IMG/VR virus record: IMGVR_UViG_3300036766_000837
Coordinates: 50,932 to 114,931 of that record
Strand: one strand, 5' to 3'
Length of the DNA stretch: 64,000 nucleotides
DNA from: a virus
Below, one piece after another: positions 10,501 through 20,600 of the stretch. The stretch's first letter is position 1; the number at the start of each line of letters is the position of its first letter. The translations under genes and the position numbers were made by a program. The notes below the pieces were generated by a model, which was given only the letters and a program-made list of their open reading frames with translations, ran no database searches and had not been told where the DNA came from.

Positions 10501-13500
10501 CTGCTGTAACCAATTTCGATGAGGAGGCAAGAGCTACATTCGCGGTAGTATTCGCTATGGCTGCTCCTGTTGCCGCTCTTTCCATAACTACAACACTCCC
10601 TGTAGCAAGTGCTTGTCGTGTAGCAGCCTCCGCAGTCAAATTTTTAGACACCGCACTAGCTCTCTCTGCAAGAACACTTGCAAGAGTGGCTGTAGTATCA
10701 CCACCCTTTACCGCCTTAGCTAAAGCAGCAACAACGGTAAATGCTTTAATTGCACTTCCTGTAGCAACATATGCCGTTCCTAATGCCTTCATCATCATGG
10801 TTATTTCTTGAATAATCTTAAGCCCCTTAGCAATAACAATAAGGGCCACTAATGAGGCAGTAATTGTTCCGGCAGCATCAGCATCCTTCAAAAATGCTTT
10901 CCCATTTAAAGTTAATAAATCTATGAGGAGTCTAATCCCTTTTGATGCCGCACTAACAACATTTCTTAAAACGGGACCAATCATGCGAAGAAGTCCTGAC
11001 ACGGCCTTAGACATTCCCAATACTGCTCTTCCCACCAATGAACCTAACTTTCTAAAGGCATCTCCGGTACTAACTATACTTTTATCTCCCTGACTAAATA
11101 CACTTACAATATTTCTAACCAAATCGGCTACCGCGCTTTGTATTATCTCTATCGCTTGTGTAACGTAGGGAGCCATACCTTGCCAGATAGCATTCCAATT
11201 CTTTCCTATCGCTAATAACGCTAATCCAACGGCCGCTATTACAGGAAGGAGACTCTTGAATTGCAATATATATTTAGAAAATCCTTCCGCCTGTGTTGAT
11301 TTGCTTATCGCCGTAATCGTTCCTGGACCTTGAAGGAATTGAAATGCTTTCGTTGCCGCAGTTTTAACTTTATCCCAAGCAGTGTTCATTCCCGCTGCAA
11401 TATTTGTTCCAATAGTAGTAAATAAACCCTTATTTTGTGCTACCTCTTTTGCCCCGATTGCCATTCCACCTTCAAGCGCTACAACCTCGGCAGCAGCAAC
11501 GGAGGTTGCTGATGGTATTGTGGCGGCGGCAATGATGGCAGCCTTTGCCGCTGCTTGAGTGGCAAAGGTTCCTTCTATTCCGGCAGCGGTCCATCCCGCC
11601 GCATATCTTCCAGCGGCAGTACGTGTTTGAACTGCCACCGCTTGTGCCGCTTGACTCTTGAATGCTTCCGTCGCCCCTAAAGTCATAACTGCCTGATATC
11701 GTAATTGTGCTGCCTGGAAAGCCTCTAAAGTTCCTGTTGCTCCGCCTTGGGCAGTAGCAAGAGTCCCAAACGCTCCGGCTTGAGCGGCAATGGCTTCCGT
11801 CATAGCATTTGTAGCGAGCATCGCTTCGCCCGCAGTTGCCGCAACACTTTGGTTCATTGCTGGCAATCCGGCAAGAACCATCAATTTGGGATTCTTGGTG
11901 GCACGAGCCAACGCAACTAATCCGAATGGGTCTTCCCGACTTACAATATCTCCAACAACAAGATGTGCCAAACCAGGAACAATTTTTAGTAAACTACCTT
12001 CGATTAGATGTAACTGACCATATAGATATGTTAAGGGGCCAATTGCTGCCGCTATTCCGGCAATAGCCAAGATAGCTTTCTTTGCAGAATCGCTCATGTT
12101 ATTAAAACCATCAACAATCTTAATAATCCAATTAAAGGCTTGTTGGATATATGGAACCATTATTTTTCCAAGAGATGCGGCAGCATTTTCAAGACTAACT
12201 TTCAATCTATCCCAATTTTTTGCCGCACTATTGAGTACGATACTTAACTGTTCTTCGAATACGGCATGAGCCCTTGCCGCATCATTAGAAACGGCCATGG
12301 CCTTGTTGTAGTCAGATGTACTATCATTCATTGCGTCAAATAACTTGGTCATACGGTCAACCTGACGAACACCAAACACATCTGTTAAGAGTCGGGCTGC
12401 GGCTCCCGCCTTCATGCCTGGAGTTTTTTCAATTACTTGAAGTAGTGAGGCAAACTCTTCAAGGGCCGGAATTCCTTTGGCGGCACCCGAAGCCGTATAC
12501 ATCAAATCCCGAAGAGATGTGGTAGAAAATTCCATCTGTTGAGCCATAGCGGCAAATGTCTCCGCAGCCTTATCTGTAGGAGCGGCAAGACGAAGAAGGC
12601 CGAACTTCAATGCATTAGCCGCCTGATTAGCTTGAACACCCTTCTGACGCATACCAGTTAACATCGCGGCGACCTCAGCAACATTAATTCCAAGAAGTTT
12701 TGCGGAAGAAGATACAACGGGAATAGTTATACCCAACTCTTCATATGTTATCGCGGTTTCTGACTGGATTAATTGTAATTTCTCAAGTTCGCTAGTAGTT
12801 TGTTCTATGGTTAGGTTATAGGTTGACATTACCGAACGGATAAGTTCATAAGAACTTGCCAGGTCAAGGTCTCCCTGAGTAACCGCCGCAAGTTGCGTTG
12901 TAAGGGTTGTTAACTGTAGGTTAAGTTTTTCTTCTACAAATCCTGCGGCAGCCCACAGTGAAGCAACCTGTACGATATCTGCCTGATGGATTGCCATTTG
13001 TTCGGATAGTGCCTCAAATGCCGGACCTAATGTACTATCCATCATTTGGGCGAATTCAGAAACACTTACTCCGGCTTGAGCCATATATTTCTGCAATTCT
13101 GTTGTTTGCCTGTTTAGTTCAAGAGTAAGATTGGTTATTACTGCTGCAATGCCAAGAAGAGGAAGGGTAATACCAACCATCATCTGACGACCAACCCACT
13201 GCGCTTGCTTACCAGTGTTTATCAGTTGATTGGACATACCATGGAGTTTTGAAATCCAAAGGTCACCCATAATCCTAAATTTCGCGCCAGGAACCGTAGC
13301 AAGACTTACCAAACTACCTTTAGTGGCATCAGAGACAACTTGAACATCTCGTAGTTCACTACTCATGGAGGCGGCTAATTGTGCAGAAGCCGCCCCACTC
13401 TTAGACATAGATGCCAATACGGCCTTCGAGTTACCAGAGAATACCTGGCCAAATGTATTTTGTCCTTGAGCTAATCTAACAAAAGAAGCGGCGGCTGTAT

Positions 13501-13696
13501 CTCCCATCCCCGCCATAGTCTTCAATGCCGCAATTTGTGCTGGTCCACCAAGATACTTACCAGTTGTTATTGCGCTAGATGCATTGATTGCTGCAAGTTC
13601 TCCATAGGCGCGGGAAACAGATTCAATAGATTTCTTGGTTTCCGCCGCCCCTTCGGACATGAATTTTATAAGTATTGATGCTATATTCTCACTCAA
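7508..13696 (-). CDS. Tape measure protein with C-terminal cell-wall peptidase domain
   Basis: 2062 aa, Ala-rich helical, follows chaperone genes; C-terminal SQHSYGNAVD...HTTHVH zinc-peptidase motif. Confidence 0.95.
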   Translation of the reverse strand: MSENIASILIKFMSEGAAETKKSIESVSRAYGELAAINASSAITTGKYLGGPAQIAALKTMAGMGDTAAASFVRLAQGQNTFGQVFSGNSKAVLASMSKSGAASAQLAASMSSELRDVQVVSDATKGSLVSLATVPGAKFRIMGDLWISKLHGMSNQLINTGKQAQWVGRQMMVGITLPLLGIAAVITNLTLELNRQTTELQKYMAQAGVSVSEFAQMMDSTLGPAFEALSEQMAIHQADIVQVASLWAAAGFVEEKLNLQLTTLTTQLAAVTQGDLDLASSYELIRSVMSTYNLTIEQTTSELEKLQLIQSETAITYEELGITIPVVSSSAKLLGINVAEVAAMLTGMRQKGVQANQAANALKFGLLRLAAPTDKAAETFAAMAQQMEFSTTSLRDLMYTASGAAKGIPALEEFASLLQVIEKTPGMKAGAAARLLTDVFGVRQVDRMTKLFDAMNDSTSDYNKAMAVSNDAARAHAVFEEQLSIVLNSAAKNWDRLKVSLENAAASLGKIMVPYIQQAFNWIIKIVDGFNNMSDSAKKAILAIAGIAAAIGPLTYLYGQLHLIEGSLLKIVPGLAHLVVGDIVSREDPFGLVALARATKNPKLMVLAGLPAMNQSVAATAGEAMLATNAMTEAIAAQAGAFGTLATAQGGATGTLEAFQAAQLRYQAVMTLGATEAFKSQAAQAVAVQTRTAAGRYAAGWTAAGIEGTFATQAAAKAAIIAAATIPSATSVAAAEVVALEGGMAIGAKEVAQNKGLFTTIGTNIAAGMNTAWDKVKTAATKAFQFLQGPGTITAISKSTQAEGFSKYILQFKSLLPVIAAVGLALLAIGKNWNAIWQGMAPYVTQAIEIIQSAVADLVRNIVSVFSQGDKSIVSTGDAFRKLGSLVGRAVLGMSKAVSGLLRMIGPVLRNVVSAASKGIRLLIDLLTLNGKAFLKDADAAGTITASLVALIVIAKGLKIIQEITMMMKALGTAYVATGSAIKAFTVVAALAKAVKGGDTTATLASVLAERASAVSKNLTAEAATRQALATGSVVVMERAATGAAIANTTANVALASSSKLVTAVSPWLMLATVIGTVIMAFSTFGRHVDEIAEAVSNHVQAISDAFQELAKTITEKADIEEFEQSWTSALSAVGEQLKEIAGVAEVKGPAGPLDLPGVEFAKNIEDVEKWSRLMGQLTDIPIGDFVGNINDKARMALANFVGITEEVQNITDYGTNMNQVFNDFMNSVENGDSLMLAIDSEAKDLLKVLSTADIDQLNMGISDIKDNLALTQASIGPHLVKMFQAMAVGNEKMVQEEYKSVQYTKELVLFYQRLLSLIERSGILFDAEADSFNAQAADFATLAGEVDTDAFKKKGTEEGQAYWDALESELGSLASNVSNVVLEAFDKNAEATLAAFDKSSEARLEAFTATEEKRLGVYDAQIAKIEDVNEREDWLQQQREYRQQREQLIQQGELNSAIAYRERIKAIAEGRYDDAAILEMQAKADYKDNQQSIRDLDQQHTQTLADRRRQKRIDELNKEKDALQEMLDAQRDALQESLDAQKEAMQESIDQERTLLQNRLDEVLKFTPRNKKEWEKQYKDILALGDTYGIQINDVAAIFMADYGRTIQEGFRQARVWAEQAAIRDATAIGASTAEAMRGELANASTPADRKFFTLLSEYASAQAKYAGLHEPMPKALMLSFIQQISAALAGVSKTAIKYAGTAGYGPKAHTGGLIEGSHEEVPIMAQPGEYVFSKKTVKKFGARALERLSKFHIGGMVGGTGYVGGIPNSVVSGEQLYNLAMVPMATLGTAYQLLAPIIGDMTRGMVGTAAKMMGQWALNSLIEQAGTAYAAGMGRGYPAGGPGAPGKIETPYGLITKSLWAFVQQIKNLFPNTSMGGFNYVKYIAGTNIFSQHSYGNAVDLGMSNSEKIRSAIWNWALKNVAPLHMGHLIYKTSIWSDENPTIHAYTGVPHTTHVHADFMPQYGGTPPGYPIGMHGGGVVKFNTPALLHAGETVVPANISKALSKAAGNNSTVNINVDIGHFFGNDESYRQLYSTLEKVGNKISKERGANNMVVKVGNS

Positions 13697-13699
13697 GCC

Positions 13700-14319
13700 T
13701 TATAGTTCTCCCGATTGCTGGTAGTCAAATAACACCTGCCCTTCAGCCATGATTGGACCGGTAGCTACCACAGTCTCATCTTTCTGGTCGGGAACACTTG
13801 CGCCAAGTGCAGAAGCAACGGTCTTAAGCATTCTAGATTGTCGTTCGGTCGCCATTTCATATAATATAAACAACTCATCTAGAGTAAGATTTTCCTCTAA
13901 ATTATCAAAACTATTCCATGCTCCCGATTCACACATCACCTCAGCCTCTACATCATCTAAGGGGAGATCGTCAAATGTTAGGGCGTCCCCCTCGCCCTTT
14001 AAGCGTTTGGGTTTTCTTCAAGACGATTGCCCATAGCTACACTGAACAGTTTCCAGAAGATTTCAACATCAATAGCGTCTTCCAGAGCATCTCGATTTTC
14101 CGCAAGCTTAGTGTCGATACCTTTCATAACAATAGCAGCAGCATCCATCATAAGATCGATATCTTTATCCGTTAATTTCTCGCGCTCTCCAACTAGAAGT
14201 TTGTCCGAAATCTTAACGAATTGTCTAAGTTGCTTGATTGTGAGAGGTTTCACCGTTCGAGTTACACCATCAGCAAATTCCATCTCGACAGCAATCCTAG
14301 CCGATTTCTTGTCTACCAT
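13700..14319 (-). CDS. Tail assembly chaperone G (13999-14319) and G-T fusion via -1 frameshift
   Basis: ATG at 14319 after GAAAGGAG; slippery C CCA AAC before TAA; -1 frame open without a stop into ORF 13700-13939. Confidence 0.88.
13959..14011 (-). promoter_or_regulatory. -1 ribosomal frameshift signal: slippery heptamer plus H-type pseudoknot
   Basis: CCCAAAC (14011-14005), 6-nt spacer, stem AGGGCG/CGCCCT, loop AGGGGGA able to pair with downstream TCCCCTT. Confidence 0.85.
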
Positions 14320-14463
14320 GTCATCTCCTTTCAAAGATATTATGAAGATTTTTTCTATAAAAAGCAATTGTTGAAGCTAACTTATTTTACCATATCTGTA
14401 AAATATATTAAAATGCAGTCCATGTCTCATCCTCATACATTTCCATGTTTTTAATTATAATAT

Positions 14464-14493
14464 AAAAACAGACCCCCCAACTTGGGGGGCCTG
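14464..14493 (-). terminator. Intrinsic terminator after tail tube gene
   Basis: CAGGCCCCCCAA-G-TTGGGGGGTCTG followed by TTTTT. Confidence 0.8.
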
Positions 14494-14520
14494 CTAATTT
14501 TTTTCTAGTTTGTCTTCATA

Positions 14521-15102
14521 TTACAACTCGTCCTCTATAAAACCGTATTGAGCAACCGAGTAGTTCGGGTCGGCTAGGATTCGAAATGCTACGGGGAACA
14601 TGGTTGCTTCAGCACGTTTTAGTGCATGAGAAGAAGTATCAACCGCTACAATTCTACGGCAGAAATACTTCCTTCTCTTCAAAGCACTTGCAGTAGAATT
14701 AGGACTCCTTCCAAATACGACCAATTGCCTTTCAACTGGTTCATCTTCGGGAACCGTAATATTCAGTGTCGCTGTTCCGGCATTTGTAGAGTAGGCGCTA
14801 TCAGGCAAACCCCAAACCATCTTCAGATTTGTTAATGTAGCTTCTGCCAAGTTCGTTCTCACGGTAACCCTGAAACCGTTCTGATAAATAATCGCGGCAT
14901 CCTTAAGTTGGTCAACCACGATATCTGTATAGTCAGGCTCATACGCTACCTCAACGCCGTCCATAGTGGCCCCAAGATGGGAACCATTGGTATCAAGTGT
15001 GGTCTGCGGAAGCGTATTAAATGTAGCCCAATAAGTGTCACCAGGACTGGCGACATATAGGTTACCAGCACCCACAATTATATTTTCAATGTTGATGGTC
15101 AA
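14521..15102 (-). CDS. Major tail (tube) protein
   Basis: NIIVGAG.LY, LGAT.DGV, VDQL, T.LAEATL.NL motifs; strong SD; upstream of chaperone and TMP. Confidence 0.9.
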   Translation of the reverse strand: MTINIENIIVGAGNLYVASPGDTYWATFNTLPQTTLDTNGSHLGATMDGVEVAYEPDYTDIVVDQLKDAAIIYQNGFRVTVRTNLAEATLTNLKMVWGLPDSAYSTNAGTATLNITVPEDEPVERQLVVFGRSPNSTASALKRRKYFCRRIVAVDTSSHALKRAEATMFPVAFRILADPNYSVAQYGFIEDEL

Positions 15103-15180
15103 ATCTAGTTTTCACCTCCTAAATTCAAGAGGGGCTACCTCTCGTTATCATAGTTTCAAAGAATCGTTTATATTGCAAAT

Positions 15181-15681
15181 CTATATCAAAACCGTGTCTA
15201 TCAATGTAATCTCCCTATTTCGCGTATAGGCCCCCCATAGATTGTCTCTATCTGAAAATGTGTAAATGACCCCACAAGAGACCATCTGCTCCCATACCCC
15301 CAAATCTTGGGATGGCAAAACAGGATAACCAGATGAATAAAAAATAAGGTCCATAACCTTAACCGTTCCAGTAGAATCTGTGACCGGCAGGTTGGGGTTA
15401 GAATCATCTGCATCGACAAGATAGATGATCCTTTCAACTATTTTGGTGAGATTATCTATATTGGTATCTCCCGCCCAATATTGGATAACATCCCTTCTAA
15501 TCCTCATATTATTGGGTTGTATAACTGGGACCGATAAGTATCTGATATATGGGTATGACTTTCCACCAATCGGTTCCCCGGCAACCCCCGGAAATATATT
15601 CGGAGAGGTTCCCCCAAATAATCTTTTGATTACTATATCATTTTTTATCAAATCATTTACTAATATGGTAGCTGTCTTCAT
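15181..15681 (-). CDS. Tail terminator protein
   Basis: Directly upstream of tube; IFP.......YPYI.Y motif. Confidence 0.65.
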   Translation of the reverse strand: MKTATILVNDLIKNDIVIKRLFGGTSPNIFPGVAGEPIGGKSYPYIRYLSVPVIQPNNMRIRRDVIQYWAGDTNIDNLTKIVERIIYLVDADDSNPNLPVTDSTGTVKVMDLIFYSSGYPVLPSQDLGVWEQMVSCGVIYTFSDRDNLWGAYTRNREITLIDTVLI

Positions 15682-16307
15682 CTATTGAAGATTCCTCCCC
15701 CGGCTATAAACTGTCCCCCTCCAAAGAATCTCAGGCTCGATGGGTCATATACTCCACCTGCGGGAGCGCGATACCTTCCGCCAGAAATCCTCTCTTCAAC
15801 CGTAACCCCATGAGCCTCCCAATAATTATGAACAGATTCTATAACCGTATTTACCATTTCTGATTGTGTTACCTCTGCTATCCCAGGAGCTATAGTATTA
15901 ATAAGATTTTCAGCATAGTTCATTATCGATGGGCGTCCTGCTGTTGTTACTCCTTTAACGTAGATTCCTTGCTCCCCTTGCTTACCCAACTGCATTGGTC
16001 TTGTAGTCGGCCCTAACTTTTCACTTGGGAGGAATGTCGCCACTCCCATTTTCGGCAAAGCAAAAGTAGCGGCTTCTGCTGTTCCATGCATCACCGTAAC
16101 AAGATATGCACTTTCTGATACAGGAGAAGTACCGACACGTATCTTTCCCTTTATCTCTTCGGGGATGCTCATCATAAAAGCGGAAGTGGCGAAGGCAGCG
16201 GCTTTAGCTAATGCCAAAGTAGCCAATCCCTCGGTTGCATCTATATTGGCTACTAAATCTTTTATCACATCGTCTTTTATAAGAACGTTTGCCGATTTAA
16301 ATACCAT
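15678..16307 (-). CDS. Putative tail-completion/neck protein
   Basis: Position between stopper and terminator only. Confidence 0.45.
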   Translation of the reverse strand: MVFKSANVLIKDDVIKDLVANIDATEGLATLALAKAAAFATSAFMMSIPEEIKGKIRVGTSPVSESAYLVTVMHGTAEAATFALPKMGVATFLPSEKLGPTTRPMQLGKQGEQGIYVKGVTTAGRPSIMNYAENLINTIAPGIAEVTQSEMVNTVIESVHNYWEAHGVTVEERISGGRYRAPAGGVYDPSSLRFFGGGQFIAGGGIFNR

Positions 16308-16316
16308 TCCTTCTCC

Positions 16317-16661
16317 CTAGTCCAGAATTTTTTGGCAATTTAAGGTTACATGCGTTACTGTTGCCCAACCCCTTTGCGACCTTATACCAATTATGTTAAA
16401 TTCTCCATCATCTACAAATTTTCCATATCTATCTTTTATATTTCTTATCTGGTCACTATTATTTATATCAGTATCGTTCGTAAAAATCAGATAGGAAGTG
16501 GGATTTTGAATCCTTCCAACCAATCTTTCCTCGGCTCTGGAAGGCATATAATCGCATTTTATTGTACGGTCATATTTCCACTCCGAACTTTCCTGTCCAG
16601 AATCATTATAATATATTTCTTTTTCCCAAATTTCGGCCTTAAATGGTAAGTGTGCCCACAT
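16317..16661 (-). CDS. Head-tail stopper (closure) protein
   Basis: 114 aa, beta-rich, ND.GQ...W pattern; gene order. Confidence 0.65.
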   Translation of the reverse strand: MWAHLPFKAEIWEKEIYYNDSGQESSEWKYDRTIKCDYMPSRAEERLVGRIQNPTSYLIFTNDTDINNSDQIRNIKDRYGKFVDDGEFNIIGIRSQRGWATVTHVTLNCQKILD

Positions 16662-17558
16662 TTAAATCAGCCTGACCTTATAATTTATAGAGTTAGACAA
16701 AAGAACATCAACATCGTAGTTTCCGGTAGTACCCAATAGGTCTTGACTAAACGTTAAGGTTCTGTCCCCCATACTTGCAACAATAACTCCATGCTGATGA
16801 AGCATATAGTCATCATTGAAGTAATCCGATATAAGTAATCGAGCACTTTCAGAAACCTCTTCTGGAACATATTGCCATCCCCAATTTCCCAATATATGAT
16901 ATTCAACACTCGACGGGAAATAGGCACTCGCTTCTATAATCCCCCTCTTGATATCCGAGAAATATCTTGAAAAGGCATTTTGTGGGCGAATCCAATAATC
17001 ATCGAATATCTCCACCTCAGTTGTGATATCATCTGTTCCATCAATCTTAACTGAGGTAAGTAGATATATCCTCTCATCCAAGAACAAGGTATCCTTATTT
17101 TGTCCTCTGATGATTTTAGTTACATTCTCTTGGAATGAGAATGTATCGTTACAGACCGAATTTATTATCTTCCTTGCCATTCGCTCCTTACGATAGATTT
17201 CCTCATTTGATTTATCCTCCAACTCAAGAAACGTGTCTTTTACCTCTTGAGCAGTGGTATATGGAACAACGACATCATAGTATTCTATCTTAGTATTAAC
17301 GACACCATCTACCGTATATAGCCAAACAGACTTATATTTGCCAACCTTAGAATTAAGTAGGGTGGTGAGAATATATTCATATATCCCCGCCCCCACATGG
17401 TCCGCCAATTGGCCTGTTACTACTGCCGAATTGTCTACAAGATAGGTAATCGTAACGAACACCTGATGAACATTATTCACCACGTCAGCATTCTGTAGCC
17501 TTCCATTTACATATATAGATAATGTTACGGAATCGCTTGTTTGATATAGGTGTTCCAT
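16662..17558 (-). CDS. Head-tail adaptor with an N-terminal beta-domain
   Basis: YTT..EV, G.WGW..VPEEV...A..L, G...VD.LL motifs. Confidence 0.75.
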   Translation of the reverse strand: MEHLYQTSDSVTLSIYVNGRLQNADVVNNVHQVFVTITYLVDNSAVVTGQLADHVGAGIYEYILTTLLNSKVGKYKSVWLYTVDGVVNTKIEYYDVVVPYTTAQEVKDTFLELEDKSNEEIYRKERMARKIINSVCNDTFSFQENVTKIIRGQNKDTLFLDERIYLLTSVKIDGTDDITTEVEIFDDYWIRPQNAFSRYFSDIKRGIIEASAYFPSSVEYHILGNWGWQYVPEEVSESARLLISDYFNDDYMLHQHGVIVASMGDRTLTFSQDLLGTTGNYDVDVLLSNSINYKVRLI

Positions 17559-17631
17559 TTTAGATCACCTCCTTGTAATATTTGTTGTAATCTCACCTTA
17601 GATTCTACCTCCTATCTGATTTTTTCTCCAA

Positions 17632-20600
17632 TTAGAATGAGATATTCTTATCTCCACCCCCAGATTCACCGTCGATACTTCGACGCCTTTCAAGAGTTTC
17701 GGAAGTTAGAGATGTTTCTGTACCCCCCTCAGGGTCTATATTTGCCCGTCTTTCAAGAGCCTCAGACGACATTTCCATATGACCGCTAGGCTCAGGGCCA
17801 ATCTTATGTACCTTTCTCTTCAGAGATGTGTACACACCATGAGAAACTCTTCCTCTCCTTACTATGTACGCATCTACACCTGAATGCATTAAGTTCCCGG
17901 TTATAATTATTCCAGCCTCAACCGCTGAAGAAATCCTTATGATTGCAATAGTTGAGACAACCAGGCGAGTATTTACCGTCTCTTGGGCGACAATTCCACA
18001 AACTATATCTGTATCCGCAAAAGACGTTCTAGATATAGAAGACCTAATCGAAGATTCTATAGAAATAGACTTAACTATTAGAGCCTCTATCTGAGTAGTA
18101 GTGACCCCCTGTTCCTCCACCCGAGAATCTACAGAAGTCTCCAAAGAATATCTATTTAATATTAGAGACCTTACGATATTATTAATCGTGATAGTCTTTG
18201 TTATTAAACTAGATATGCTTGTAGATATCTTCTGAATCTTTTCAATTCCAGCAGTTATTTTCGTCTCTATTCTCGACTGAAGAGACAGTAGTGACTCTAT
18301 ATATGTTACATAGGTTTTCGGCGTATAGATTACAAAATCAACTGCCTGACTAACCCTTGATAGCCTTAAGATAGAAGAATCTATATTTGTGGCAATTCTA
18401 ATTGTCTTCTGTATACAAGAATCTATCTGTTGTGATACTCCATATTGATGAGAAATCAAAGACTCTATTTGAGAGGACCGGCCAATTTCTTTTCTTTGGA
18501 TAGCATCGATAGATGAAATTATAGTGCGCGATTTTTGCACTAATACTGTTATTTCAGACGATAACCTTCTGGCGGGAAGAACCAAGGAATCTATACTAGA
18601 TTCCACACAAATCGTCTTTGATATATCAGAATCGACATAATTTTCTACTAGTCGCCTAGTTACGATATAGGAATCAATAGCGGCAAAGATTTCAGATGTT
18701 TCTATAATTGAGGTGTCTACCAGATGAACCCTTATATTTTCTATAAAGGCTACAGTATCGATAAAATGACTGATTGCCGAAGTTGTTTGTCTCAAAAAAT
18801 CAATAGAGGTGTTAACATCAAAAATCTTTACTACCAGAGATTCTTCCGCACTTTCAACAGAATATATATGCTGGATTAGAGCATCAAGATTAGAAATTAT
18901 AGTATTGGATTTCTCAAGTAATACCGCCGTGCCATGAGATTGAGTTTCGGTTGCAATCAATAGGCTATCTATAGAAACGGCAAGAGTTTCTACCTTAAGT
19001 TTTAATGTCTCTATGGTAGTCCAAGAAGAACTAGAAAATTCTATTAGAGACCCTAGACTCGTCTGTTGTTGCAGTATTTGGAGTATATCAGCATCAATCG
19101 AAGAAATTATAGTGCGCGATTTTTGTATTAATGCCTCCACCACAAATGCAACTGTTTGCGTTGAAAGTATCAGAGAATCGGCATAAGATTCTTGACCATT
19201 AGTTTTCTCCACCAAAGAATCGATATCAGATTGCCAGATTCCTCTGATAACTATATCGGTATCGATAGATGTTTCTTCTTGGGAAGTAGAAATTATAGAT
19301 GCATCAATTTGAGAAGTTACAACCGTTCCAATAAATACCACAACATCAACGGAATGTGATATGGCGGAACTAGTAAGAGTTAGAGCATCAATCTCTGAGG
19401 AGGAGATTTCCCCTCTCTGAATGAGAGAACCAATTAAGCTGGCTACTGTTGCAAAACGCAATATCAGGGCCTCTATATCATGGTTAGTAGAGAACCCTTG
19501 CTCGATAAGAGCATCCGCATTACTTTCTACAACAATCGACGCCTTAGATATCACAGTGTCTATCAAATTAACCACGAAGGCAGTTCTTAGTATCGAAGTA
19601 TCAACACTACCACTGGTTATATATGTATGTTTGATAAGGGCGTCTATAGATTCATAAGTCTGGAATGTCGAACCTATCAGGCTCTCTATCTCTGTAGATT
19701 TTATTGTGAAAGAAAGTATGAGAGATTCTATTGTCGAATTTGGCCTCTCCGTCTTAGATATCAGAACCTCAAGGTCATGAGAAACTGTCGGAGTAATTAG
19801 AATCCCGACATCAATACCCGAAGACACTTCACCCCGAACGACTATCTTTGTATCAGCGTTCGAACTTTCCCGAGATGTCTTTTCTATTAACGCCTTAAGA
19901 GATACCGCAACATACCCGGCCTTATCGAGAGAAGAACTAACAGCATGACTTATAGCATTTGTAGTTCTAAGGAGAGACCCAATCTCAAAGTTTATGGTAG
20001 AGAGTTTAAGTATCGAGGCCGATACATCAATTGTCTTCGTATATAGTTTTTGAATCAGAGAGTCTATAATGTTTTCTATCTGATACAAGTGTTGGACTAG
20101 AGTTTCTATCTCTGTATAGATACCTGTAGTCTTTTTGTTCAAAGACTCTGTACCGCTGTATACCCATGCCGACTTTTCAACCAAAGACTCCAGAATATTT
20201 TGAGTCTTGTTCGTTAACAGTATGAGAGAGTCAATAGACGATACCGCAACAAAGGTTGACCGTATCAGAGATTGTATGGTCGAGGATACAGACAGCCTCA
20301 TAGAAATACGAGAATCTATTAAACTGTATCTTGATATCGAAAAAAGAATCAGAGAATCGATTGCTGTCGTTTTCTCTCCCTGTTTTTGTTGGAGAGCGTC
20401 TACAACGCTTTCTATCCGAGATACCTTCCTTATCAGAACGTCAATCGCAGTAGAGGCAATACTTGTTCTCCACACCAAAGAATCTATAGTGGTTAACAGA
20501 AGAATCCAATTTACCAGATATCCCTCAATGGAATGGAAAATTCTACCCGTTATTTGTATTACTGCCTCTACGTTGTATGCAGAGTATCCATAGACCTCTA

